Source: a virus. Taken from it: 64,000 bases of DNA. The notes under the pieces were generated by a model. That model saw nothing but the letters and a program-made list of their open reading frames with translations, searched no databases and was not told the origin of the DNA. Shown here piece by piece: positions 1 through 9,768 of this stretch. A program made the position numbers and the translations under genes. Positions within the stretch are counted from its first letter, which is position 1, and the number at the start of each line of letters is the position of its first letter. The stretch covers positions 21,826 through 85,825 of the IMG/VR virus record IMGVR_UViG_3300042301_002266. One strand, written 5' to 3'.

Positions 1-3000
1 GCTGGTAAAAGAGCTAGTGGCTTAGAAGCCATTAAGGGAACTGGTGCAGCTGGTAAATCTGCTGGAGTTGTTGGTCGTGGTGCTCAAATGGCAAGTGGTG
101 TAGGTAGGCTTGCAATGGGTGCCCTAATGTCTGGACCTGGAATAGCAGTAGCAGCAGGAGTAGCCCTTGCAGCAGCAGCGTGGGTTAAATATAAAAAAGA
201 AGTTAATGAAGCAAAAAAGGCTACTCAGGAAGCCTACTCAGTTGGTCAAAAAACAGCACAAGCTTACGGATACGAACTAACTCAAATTAGTGATAAAATT
301 AAAGAAAATGCACAGCTTACAAAAGATCTTGGAATTGGTTTTACTCAAACAACCAATACTGCTGTTTCTGAAGAAAAGAAAGCTGCTATTAAAGAAGATA
401 ACGCAAACTTAATTGCAGATCTTACAGAAAATGAAAAAAGACTAGTTGAGTCTTCTGCAGGAAATGATTATTTTGATAAAAATGCAACTAAGGTAAAGAG
501 TCAATTAATTACTAAGTATGCAACTTTAAGACAGCAGGGTGTAAGTGTTGAAGATGCAGATGAAATTATTACAACAATTGCAAGAGAAACTGGAGATGAA
601 ACTCTAAGCATTCTTAGCAACTTGAGACCACAACTTGAACAAATGAATAGTGATAATGTTAATGAAGTTTTTCAAGCTGCTCAACAAGCACAACTAAATG
701 CATTAAAAGCACAAAACGAGTTTGGTCTGGGTGGTCCTGCAGGTGCTGATGCAGCATTTAAAGAAGCAATGAAAGGATCTATGGCTGTAATTCAGTATGC
801 ACCACCAGAAGATCAGCTTTCTGCATTAAATAATTTAATTAATAACATGAGAGACTTTAGTGCTGATCAGGTTGTTAGAGGAGCAGAAGCATTAAAAGAA
901 GCAGCAGCAGCAGCCTATGGAACTCAAAGTGGAATGGGTGCCACCTTAGAACAACTATTTGGTACTACAACAGAAGATGGATATACAAAAACTGAAGATC
1001 AACAACAACAAGACTTAGTTCTTGGAACAAGAATTATGAATGCAGAACAGCAAGGAATTATTAACGAGTCTCAGCAAAGAATTATTAGTGTTGCTCTTGC
1101 AGAAGGAGACATAGAAAAAGTCAATTCAATTCTTGATGAGGTAGAAAGAAATAGAGATGTTAAAATAAACATTGATATTCAAAATAAGGAAGCAGCAGAA
1201 GCTGCACTCAAGGATCTTGACAAACAAATAACGGCACAACAAGCAAAATTTGATAGTGAAATAATTGCTAATGAAAATGCAGTTGAGGCTGAAAATAAAA
1301 GATATGAAAATGCTCAAAAAGCATCTGCAAAATTTATTAAGCAAAAGCAAGATGAAATTGAAGCAATTGATAAGAGTGCTGATGCTTACATTAAGGCTCT
1401 TCAAGATGAACAAAGGGCAGATGATTTTGCACAACAACAAAGAGACACCGCAGTTGGCGGTTTAAAGTCTCTTGCAAGTGGAGATGTATTTGGTTTTGTT
1501 CAGTCTCAACAAGAGATGGCTGGTGCAGCACAACAGTTTGGTTTTGAGTCTGAAATTAAAGCAATTGATGAAAGACGACAAGCAGCAATAGACGCAAAGC
1601 AAGAAGAAATAAAGAAAGAACAAGAACTTGCTGCACTAGCAGATGAACGTCATCAAAAGAGATTAGACGCAATTCAGGCTCAAAGAGATGCCTTAGTAGC
1701 AGCAAATGCTGCTGAAATGAAATCTTTGCAAGACCAACAAGGTGCCTGGAGCTCATTAAGTACAATGTCTGGTGGAGCATTTGACACAATGATGGGTGGA
1801 TATAGCAAGGCAGCATCAGAAGCTGGAAAGGTTGTAGCCGTTCAAATTGCAATTGCTGAATTAGCCAAGGGAAAAACTATTGAAGAAGCAATAGCTGCTG
1901 GTCAAGCATACATGAAGCAAACCTATGGAGTTCAAAACTCTGCTGGAGGAGAAGGATCTTCTGCTTACACCACAACAGGAACAACTGCAGGAAATACTGG
2001 ATCAGGAGTTAGCCCTACATCTGGAGGAGAGTCAAAGGGTGGGTATGCTATGGGTGGATACATCTCAGGTGCAGGTGGTCCAAAATCTGATTTGATTCCT
2101 GCTCGCCTATCTAATGGAGAATATGTTGTGCAAGCATCTGCAGTAGATCAATATGGCGTTGGAATGATGAATGCAATTAATGAGCAAAAATTTGCTGATG
2201 GAGGATTAGTAGAACTTAATCCAAATAAACCAGGAAAGCTTGGAGATCCTAGCACAAAAAGAAAAATTAAAATTGCTGAACAAGAGTGGGGACAAAGTTT
2301 TAATATTGTTAAGGGGGGGTATCTAAAATCTGATAAGTATTCTGGTTCTACACATACTGGAGGTGGAGTATTTGATGCCTACTATAGTGGAGGGTCTAAG
2401 CTTTTCCCTGTTGAAGCGGTAAAAGCTCTTAGAAAAGCAGGTTTTGCAGCATGGAATAGATGGCAGTTTGGAAATAACAATAAGCACATTCATGCTATTG
2501 AAATTGGTAATTCAAAGCTAAGTAAGTCAGCAGCATCACAAGTTAGATCATACTTGCGTGGAGAAGACGGATTAGGTGGAAAAGATACCTTGTCTAATGA
2601 TTATAAAATAGACACTACACCAACTTCACCAGATAGTGCATCTATTCCAGATGAGGTTGCTCCTAATCTTGATAAAATTGCAACAGCAATGGGAACTACA
2701 GCAGCTACATACAATAAAGTTATGAACGAGGGAGTCGCATCTCTAGTTGGTCGTCAATTTGGTGGATCAATGACAATGAACAAGCCTTATATGGTTGGTG
2801 AAAATGGTCCTGAAATCGTAATGCCTTATGGTTCAGGTGGAAAAGTTGTTCCTATTAAATATAATGTTCCAGCGATGGCTAGTGGTGGTATAATAAATGG
2901 TAGCATGGCTTCATCATCACCACAGATTAATGTTACTGTAAATGGTGTTAATGATCCTAAACAGGCAGCAGATAGAGCAGCCCAATTAATTAATTCAGAA

Positions 3001-3036
3001 ATGAATAGAAGAAAGTTTAGCAGGAGCATAGGATAA
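1..3036 (+). CDS. tape measure protein, C-terminal part (5'-truncated by the window), with an embedded putative Zn peptidase domain
   Basis: The frame is open from base 1. Ala/Gln/Glu-rich helical sequence, TMP-type GGY.SGAGGPKSDLIPARLSNGEYVV and GGSM...YMVGENGPE motifs, and an H-x6-D...HIH segment. Lies upstream of tail-tip genes. Confidence 0.85.
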   Translation, partial: AGKRASGLEAIKGTGAAGKSAGVVGRGAQMASGVGRLAMGALMSGPGIAVAAGVALAAAAWVKYKKEVNEAKKATQEAYSVGQKTAQAYGYELTQISDKIKENAQLTKDLGIGFTQTTNTAVSEEKKAAIKEDNANLIADLTENEKRLVESSAGNDYFDKNATKVKSQLITKYATLRQQGVSVEDADEIITTIARETGDETLSILSNLRPQLEQMNSDNVNEVFQAAQQAQLNALKAQNEFGLGGPAGADAAFKEAMKGSMAVIQYAPPEDQLSALNNLINNMRDFSADQVVRGAEALKEAAAAAYGTQSGMGATLEQLFGTTTEDGYTKTEDQQQQDLVLGTRIMNAEQQGIINESQQRIISVALAEGDIEKVNSILDEVERNRDVKINIDIQNKEAAEAALKDLDKQITAQQAKFDSEIIANENAVEAENKRYENAQKASAKFIKQKQDEIEAIDKSADAYIKALQDEQRADDFAQQQRDTAVGGLKSLASGDVFGFVQSQQEMAGAAQQFGFESEIKAIDERRQAAIDAKQEEIKKEQELAALADERHQKRLDAIQAQRDALVAANAAEMKSLQDQQGAWSSLSTMSGGAFDTMMGGYSKAASEAGKVVAVQIAIAELAKGKTIEEAIAAGQAYMKQTYGVQNSAGGEGSSAYTTTGTTAGNTGSGVSPTSGGESKGGYAMGGYISGAGGPKSDLIPARLSNGEYVVQASAVDQYGVGMMNAINEQKFADGGLVELNPNKPGKLGDPSTKRKIKIAEQEWGQSFNIVKGGYLKSDKYSGSTHTGGGVFDAYYSGGSKLFPVEAVKALRKAGFAAWNRWQFGNNNKHIHAIEIGNSKLSKSAASQVRSYLRGEDGLGGKDTLSNDYKIDTTPTSPDSASIPDEVAPNLDKIATAMGTTAATYNKVMNEGVASLVGRQFGGSMTMNKPYMVGENGPEIVMPYGSGGKVVPIKYNVPAMASGGIINGSMASSSPQINVTVNGVNDPKQAADRAAQLINSEMNRRKFSRSIG

Positions 3037-3557
3037 TGGCAACATATAGTTCATTAGATAAGGTTTGGAGAAGACCCTCCCTAATTGTTTTTTCTACAGT
3101 AGAGCCAGAAGAAGGCATTGGAATAAATGCAAATAAGTGGGATTTCAAAGGTGGAACTACTTTATATTTAACAGATGACAATAGGGCTCCTTTGCAAATT
3201 AACCCAGAAAGAATTGAATATAAAAGAAGAATGATTGATGGCACCATGCGTTCATACCATGTTGCAGATAAGAAAACATTCTCTACATCTTGGTCGGATA
3301 TTCCATCAAGAAAATTAAATGGTTCAGAATCACTAACCTCAGACACATTTGGTGCAGGTCTGGACATTAAAAATTGGCATGAAACAAATACTGGAGATTT
3401 CTGGATGCTGCTTGTATATGATACAGATGAATCAGACAATGTAGACGTTTCCGCAGAAATGTATCATGTCTTCTTCCAGTCTTTTGATTATTCCGTGTCT
3501 AGAAGAGGGCACTACAACGATCTTTGGAATGTAAATATTTCTTTGGTGGAGGTCTAG
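3036..3557 (+). CDS. putative distal tail / minor tail protein
   Basis: Directly after the TMP with a TAATG overlap. RMIDGTMRSY...K..FS.SW pattern; ends WNVNISLVEV. Confidence 0.65.
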   Translation: MATYSSLDKVWRRPSLIVFSTVEPEEGIGINANKWDFKGGTTLYLTDDNRAPLQINPERIEYKRRMIDGTMRSYHVADKKTFSTSWSDIPSRKLNGSESLTSDTFGAGLDIKNWHETNTGDFWMLLVYDTDESDNVDVSAEMYHVFFQSFDYSVSRRGHYNDLWNVNISLVEV

Positions 3558-6500
3558 TGAAAACCACAGGAAGTAGTTTTGTAGATTTATTGTTTGATAG
3601 AGAGGCATCTCTTAAATCATCTCATGTTGTAGTTGCTGAGTTCAATATGAATTCATACTATGAAATTGCAAAGCTTGGATGCTACACTGGTGCACCCTCA
3701 GCTGTTCCACAAACCTACACGGCAAGTGGATGGGATAATGGAAATGATAAAAATGCATTTGGTTCAGATGACATAGGTAATATCTATACTGATAACGATG
3801 ATAGATTAAAGGTAAGTCCATTAAGAGAATGCTTTAAGCCAAATAGACCAGATGCTGGTCTTATTCATGGAATAGCAATTAATGGATATCAAAAAAGAAT
3901 AATCTCTAGTAATGAGTATATAAAGCAATCAGGTTTTTCAAATTCAGAGACCAGGCTTTACCCAGTATCTTCAGACTCATCTTTTAAGTATTGGAACTCT
4001 TACAGAAGTTTAAATAAAACACAGGTTGGTTTATCTAACGGTTCTTTAAATATATCAAATGCTAATCCTTTTGTTGTTTATTCAAATAGCTTTAAGGCTA
4101 ACAAGATAACAATTAAAACTCAAAAAGATAAAGGATATCCAAATAAGTTTAAAATTCAATATTTAAATACAAGTAATAACTGGGTAACAGCAATTGATAG
4201 ATCATCATCTGCAAGTACTGCTGGTATTAATGGAAAGATTGAGATATCTTATGATGGAACAAGTTGGTACTTTGTAAACTCATCAAATGCTCAGTCTTAT
4301 TTAGATCAGTTTTCTGAGAACACAACACAGGCTGTAACAATGAAGGGTATAAGACTTCTTGTTTATGGAATGTCAAGACAGTATACCCCACTAGAACTTA
4401 TTGAAATTTCACCAAGGTTGGTTGTAAATATGACAAACCATGTTATGTCTTTTTCCATAAGTTCAAGCATTGGAGATAGTCAGTATGGATTGCCTTTAGG
4501 ATCGCTTGTAAGCTCTAATGGAAGCATGGTCTTGTCAAATGAAACTAGAATATTTGACAAAATGAATCCAGATTCTATTTTTACATATGTAAAAGATTCT
4601 AGTGTAGAAAATTATGAACTAGAAACAATGCTAAGGGCAAATGTTAAGTTTGTATTTTATCAAATACTTATAAATGATTTAAATGAGTATGCCGTTCCAA
4701 TTAAAACTATGTATTCAACACAATGGTCTCAGGCTTCAGAATTTACTACATCAGTAAACCTAGAAGACTATATTAAATTCTTTAGAGAAACTCAGGCACC
4801 AAACTTACTTATTGGATACAAGAATCCACTAAAGTCATCACTAGCTATTAGAATGCTATTGGATAACATTGGATATAATAAGTTTTCTTTTGAAACAAAA
4901 GATAGTATTGATCCAGAAATGAATTTCTTTTATTCCTCAAATGATTTTACAGTTGCAGAAGCACTTAATGATATTGCAACTTCGGTACAACTATCAATGT
5001 TTATGGATGCAGATAATAACTTTGTAGTTATGACAAAAGATAGAATATCTTCTAGAACTGCATTTGATATAAACTCCGCAGAAATAGAGGGAAAGAATTA
5101 CTGGTTTATTGGAAACCAACCCGTTTCTAGTGATGCTGAATATTCTTATATTCAGGATAAGTTTTCTAACATTGAGTCAATTAGTGAAACATCTATTCCT
5201 CCAGTTACCGATGGTACCGTTCAATATAAAATTATTAATATTAAAAAGGAGCCAACAGCACTTGCAGAAGAATTTGATCCAGTAAAAAGACAAGAGCTTA
5301 TTGATAAAGCATCCACTAGCCCAACTACAGTTTTAACAGAGCTTTCTTTTGTTCCAGGAATTCTTTGGGAAGCAACTCAATCAGATAGTTCTCAATCAGT
5401 TTTGATTTCAGCAATCTTAGAAAAAAGTATGTCAAAAGATGGCAGACCATTAAAAGCACTATCTGGAAAAGTAATCCCTGCCATAAATGAAGAAGATGCC
5501 ATAAGGAAAGCTTTTAGTGCCACATATCAAAATCCTGGATATACAGATGCTGATCTTTTAATTAATATTGACAACGACTCAGCATATCTATTTTTACAAT
5601 CAAATAAATATGAAGGATATGTTTACATTAATAATGAAGTTATTAAATATAACGGAATCCTTGTTAGCGTTACAGAGCCTACAAAATCATATTCTAGATT
5701 TATTTTTAATCAAGATGAGCTTGAATCCCTTAGAGGAACTATCCCTAGCGGATCAAAAGTATTGCCAAAAGCCTTAATAGTTTATATGAACTTTAAGTTT
5801 GTTGGAAAGCCAACTCTTTCAGATAATAGTTTTAGATATACTATTCAAAGCGATGGAAGAGCTCAAAATGGTACTAGTGCTCAAAAACATGTTGCAAGGT
5901 CCTCATCAGATTTTAACGATGACTGGAAAAAAATGTCAACAATTATTGCTGATAAGAAATTAGATGGACTAGGAAACAGAGAAGCTTCCTTATCTTACAC
6001 ACTTAATGGAAATCAATCAGGATATGCTAGGCTTTCAGGACCATCAAGTTTAAAGAAAGAAAATCAAAAACCAGGTGCATCAGTAAAGAACTTACAAATA
6101 GATGATTACGGTCAAAGATTTATTCATGGATATTCAAACAACTTAGAGGCTATTCCAGAAGCAGTTGGAACAAGAATGAGACTTGTAATGACTGACGGTG
6201 ATCCTAAAAAAGATACCTCGTCTCATATTGCAGGAATAGCAATGCACCTAACGGACTCTGGAATAGTTGGCGATGGCAAATATATGAGTGGATACTTTCT
6301 TGAAGTTGCACCATCAAGAGACGGAGAAGCAACTGGAAACATAAGACTTTACAGAATGACAACTACCTCTAATACAACTGAATGCTTTGTTTTAGGAACT
6401 GCTAGAGCCAATATAAGTACAACTAATTTTGTTGGAAGTGTGTCTGAAAACTCAAAATCCTTAAAGGATGGAGTTACTGCTACAATCTTTGAATTAGATT

Positions 6501-7435
6501 TAAAGTGTAAAGTAGTAAATAAAAAGGGATCCAAATTTGATTTAGAATTCAGCGTCCACTGGCAAGGTGAAAGATTGTTTAAGATTATTGACAAAAACGC
6601 ATCAAGACTGCCAAGAACAAACAGAATTGGAATGTTTGTTAGAGATGATAGTCAAGCAATATATGATCACATTTATGCTTATTCTGATGCAGAAAATAAA
6701 ATTACATCATCCTTTGAGGACTCACTTGGGTACCGCAAGATGAGCGTGGGTAAAGCAGTAAAGATGGCTGCTATAGGATCACAGAATAATAAAAAGGTTT
6801 ACTTTGAAGACTTTGCTACAATGGCTAGAGAAATTAAAAAGTTTGATGTTAAGTTTGATGCACCAACATTTACTTCATCTATGATAGATTTTTCATCAGT
6901 AAGTTCAGATTACCTTGTTAAAAACTACTATCCAAATGCCTTTGGTGCTAAGTTTTGGGTATACAACACATCAAACTCTACAATAACTCTTGGAGAAGAT
7001 TCCCTAACACCACTATTTATTAGTGGGATTAAATTAGATTATGTTGCAGACGGAGAAATAAGTCTAAAGAAATATATTGAAGATCTTGAAGATAATAACG
7101 AATACGATATTTTACAGAATAGGTTGTATCAAAATAAACAAATGTATGGTGATGTTTCTGTAGGTATTGCATCTGAGTATATTGCAACAGAAAGACAGGC
7201 AGAAAAAATGATGCAATGGATTGTTAAGAATGCATCTCAAGAAAGAAAAGAATTAAATATTTCAGCTTTTTGCAATCCCCTACTAGAACTAGGTGACAAG
7301 GTAGGAGTATTTTACTCAGATGCAGGTTACTCAGTAGATGATATTGGAAACAAGACCTATGTTGTTGCTGAAATTAACAGGGAAGTAAACGAAGCTGGTC
7401 CAACAACTTCTATCGTTATTAGGGAGTGTCCATAA
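3557..7435 (+). CDS. large minor tail / baseplate hub protein
   Basis: About 1290 aa. GTG start overlaps the previous TAG, with GGAGG upstream. C-terminal NPLLELGDKV motif typical of tail hub proteins; position in the tail module. Confidence 0.7.
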   Translation: MKTTGSSFVDLLFDREASLKSSHVVVAEFNMNSYYEIAKLGCYTGAPSAVPQTYTASGWDNGNDKNAFGSDDIGNIYTDNDDRLKVSPLRECFKPNRPDAGLIHGIAINGYQKRIISSNEYIKQSGFSNSETRLYPVSSDSSFKYWNSYRSLNKTQVGLSNGSLNISNANPFVVYSNSFKANKITIKTQKDKGYPNKFKIQYLNTSNNWVTAIDRSSSASTAGINGKIEISYDGTSWYFVNSSNAQSYLDQFSENTTQAVTMKGIRLLVYGMSRQYTPLELIEISPRLVVNMTNHVMSFSISSSIGDSQYGLPLGSLVSSNGSMVLSNETRIFDKMNPDSIFTYVKDSSVENYELETMLRANVKFVFYQILINDLNEYAVPIKTMYSTQWSQASEFTTSVNLEDYIKFFRETQAPNLLIGYKNPLKSSLAIRMLLDNIGYNKFSFETKDSIDPEMNFFYSSNDFTVAEALNDIATSVQLSMFMDADNNFVVMTKDRISSRTAFDINSAEIEGKNYWFIGNQPVSSDAEYSYIQDKFSNIESISETSIPPVTDGTVQYKIINIKKEPTALAEEFDPVKRQELIDKASTSPTTVLTELSFVPGILWEATQSDSSQSVLISAILEKSMSKDGRPLKALSGKVIPAINEEDAIRKAFSATYQNPGYTDADLLINIDNDSAYLFLQSNKYEGYVYINNEVIKYNGILVSVTEPTKSYSRFIFNQDELESLRGTIPSGSKVLPKALIVYMNFKFVGKPTLSDNSFRYTIQSDGRAQNGTSAQKHVARSSSDFNDDWKKMSTIIADKKLDGLGNREASLSYTLNGNQSGYARLSGPSSLKKENQKPGASVKNLQIDDYGQRFIHGYSNNLEAIPEAVGTRMRLVMTDGDPKKDTSSHIAGIAMHLTDSGIVGDGKYMSGYFLEVAPSRDGEATGNIRLYRMTTTSNTTECFVLGTARANISTTNFVGSVSENSKSLKDGVTATIFELDLKCKVVNKKGSKFDLEFSVHWQGERLFKIIDKNASRLPRTNRIGMFVRDDSQAIYDHIYAYSDAENKITSSFEDSLGYRKMSVGKAVKMAAIGSQNNKKVYFEDFATMAREIKKFDVKFDAPTFTSSMIDFSSVSSDYLVKNYYPNAFGAKFWVYNTSNSTITLGEDSLTPLFISGIKLDYVADGEISLKKYIEDLEDNNEYDILQNRLYQNKQMYGDVSVGIASEYIATERQAEKMMQWIVKNASQERKELNISAFCNPLLELGDKVGVFYSDAGYSVDDIGNKTYVVAEINREVNEAGPTTSIVIRECP

Positions 7436-7971
7436 TGGCATCTAAATACTTTACATCAAGAGCTAAAGCTTCAAAGAAGATAACTCCTGCAGGATCAAGC
7501 AAGGTTTTTAATGATCCAAATGTTGATGAAAAATACAAAGAAGTTATTAATCAATTTCAAATGTCTCTTATAAAAAGCGGTGAAGGGTTATTAAATACAT
7601 TTACTGCTAGTACTGTAAACTCTATTCCAGAATCAATTATTCCAGCGAATGATAGTATAACTAGGCTAAATGATAGAACTATTCCACAGGCATTTGCAGC
7701 AGCAACTGCACAGGTTAGTATAACTAAAAACCAATACCTTGAAAAAATAAATATAATCACAAGGTCTATAGAATCATTGGTAAAGTTTGGTAAAAGTAAT
7801 AAGGCTTCCCTGATTGACTATTTTGGTAAGATAGATACAGCTTCGGGAACCTTTTACCCAACAATTATAAAATATGATGCTGAGGGTAATCCTGTGTACG
7901 ATATGAGGGTATCTATTGGCAATACCATAGGTGAAATAGAAGCTGAAGTTAGGACAGAACATGTATCCTAA
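7435..7971 (+). CDS. hypothetical tail-module protein
   Basis: TAATG-coupled to the upstream gene; about 178 aa. Confidence 0.6.
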   Translation: MASKYFTSRAKASKKITPAGSSKVFNDPNVDEKYKEVINQFQMSLIKSGEGLLNTFTASTVNSIPESIIPANDSITRLNDRTIPQAFAAATAQVSITKNQYLEKINIITRSIESLVKFGKSNKASLIDYFGKIDTASGTFYPTIIKYDAEGNPVYDMRVSIGNTIGEIEAEVRTEHVS

Positions 7972-7993
7972 TAAGGTGGTAAAATAGTATATT

Positions 7994-8932
7994 ATGAGAG
8001 GTTTTTATAGAATTTATAAGGGAGACACTCTTGTATGTGAACAAGATAATGCTTTAACAGTAGTTGGAAGATCCCTTATCCTTAAAAGTTTGCTAGGTCT
8101 TATTCCTTCAGTGGGAGGATCTATTGCTATTGGAGTTGACAGTCAAGCAAATCCAGCACTAAATGCCAATAAGTTAATTGACCTAAATACAATGGGGTTT
8201 TCAATTGGTCAATCCCCAGTACAACTTGCAACATTAAATAGAACAGATAATGTTGATGCCTTAATTTTTAAAACAACAATTAACGACCCGTTAAAATACA
8301 CAATCTATGAGGTTGGTCTTTATCCAGAAGCTATACAAAATCAGATTATTCAATTTTCAGATTTACTTTTATTTAATGGAGAAAGCGATGATGGCTGGAC
8401 GGAGGGAGTAGAAGAACTATCATCAAAAACAACTGGATCAAGAATGATTTCAGAAAACATTGCCAATGGCACATACAGGATTGGAAACGAAGCAGTATAC
8501 ATAGATGCTGGATCAACAGTCTTTAGTACCGTATTTTCTAAAAACTTTACAGACTTTAGCGATAAAGATTTACTTAAACTAGCAGTTGACCCAACAGGTA
8601 CAAGTGGAACTTTATTAATTAAGTTTGAAACAAATGATACAAACTTTTATTCAAAAACTTTTACAATAGCCTCTGGAGGATATCAAATATTAAATTGTGC
8701 AAAAGATGAAATCCTGGCAACTGGAGCACCTTCATGGGCAAACATAAATAAGATATCAATCACAATGACATCAACTGGATTGGTTCTTGATGGAATTAAA
8801 TTTGATGATACAGATAACGTAGATGTAAACTACGGATTAATTTCTAGAACAGCACTTGCAACACCTATTCAAAAATCAGCAGGAGAGCCTATTACAATTG
8901 AATATTACTTAGTTTTAGGATTTAATGAATAA
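7994..8932 (+). CDS. putative tail/baseplate structural protein
   Basis: N.LTVVG...IAIG...IYEVGLY N-terminal pattern as in tail-fibre/baseplate proteins, followed by a beta-sandwich-like region. Confidence 0.6.
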   Translation: MRGFYRIYKGDTLVCEQDNALTVVGRSLILKSLLGLIPSVGGSIAIGVDSQANPALNANKLIDLNTMGFSIGQSPVQLATLNRTDNVDALIFKTTINDPLKYTIYEVGLYPEAIQNQIIQFSDLLLFNGESDDGWTEGVEELSSKTTGSRMISENIANGTYRIGNEAVYIDAGSTVFSTVFSKNFTDFSDKDLLKLAVDPTGTSGTLLIKFETNDTNFYSKTFTIASGGYQILNCAKDEILATGAPSWANINKISITMTSTGLVLDGIKFDDTDNVDVNYGLISRTALATPIQKSAGEPITIEYYLVLGFNE

Positions 8933-9768
8933 TGGATATTACAATACCAAACTTAAAACCAGGAAAACATAGAGTTCTTTTAAAATACTCTGATCCATTT
9001 TCTGTAACAGATTCTTCATTTAGTAGAGCTTTGTTTATTGAAACACCAAAAGCTCCACCACTTATTTCTAATCCAGAATTTGCACCTATAGTGACAAAAA
9101 AAGTTGTAAAGAAACAAATAACACGAACATACAATGATACTGTTAGATATAGACAAAGATCAAAAAATGTAGTTACTTTATGGACTACCGCAAATCACGG
9201 TCTTAAAAAAGGAAACAGGATAACTGTATCTGGAATGAATGGAACCGCAGCAGCAAACTTAAATGCAAGTCATGTAGTTACAACCGTACCAAATTCAAAA
9301 ATGATTAAGTTTAATAGAAAAGGTACAACTTTTGCTAAAGCTGCAGACACTGGCACCATATCTTTATCTGAAACACTAAGTGTTCCAGACTATTTTATAA
9401 TTAAAACATTTCTTCCAAATAATCTTAAAAATACTTTAGAGTGGACCTCTACTTTAAGAGATGTCGTTTTCTTTTTATGGGAAGAAGATGACAACCCTGG
9501 AGAGCTTTATTATTTAGATTCAGACATATCAAATGGATCAACAGAATTTACCACGACACCCCCAGCATATCCTGTAGGCATAACTAGAAAAAGAGCCAAT
9601 GCTGAAACTAGAATTGAGTCTGGAAATTATAAGTTTAGATATGTTATAGTTAGATACTATAAAAATTCTTCAGGATCTTGGGTTGGATATTTTCCAATGC
9701 TTTTAGGAGATTCTGTAAGTGTATCATCAATTGACGATATTATAGTATCAGCAGCAGGAGTAGCATAA
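8932..9768 (+). CDS. putative virion structural protein
   Basis: TAATG-coupled. Contains the T.NHGL..G..ITVSG beta module also found in the fibre proteins. Confidence 0.55.
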   Translation: MDITIPNLKPGKHRVLLKYSDPFSVTDSSFSRALFIETPKAPPLISNPEFAPIVTKKVVKKQITRTYNDTVRYRQRSKNVVTLWTTANHGLKKGNRITVSGMNGTAAANLNASHVVTTVPNSKMIKFNRKGTTFAKAADTGTISLSETLSVPDYFIIKTFLPNNLKNTLEWTSTLRDVVFFLWEEDDNPGELYYLDSDISNGSTEFTTTPPAYPVGITRKRANAETRIESGNYKFRYVIVRYYKNSSGSWVGYFPMLLGDSVSVSSIDDIIVSAAGVA

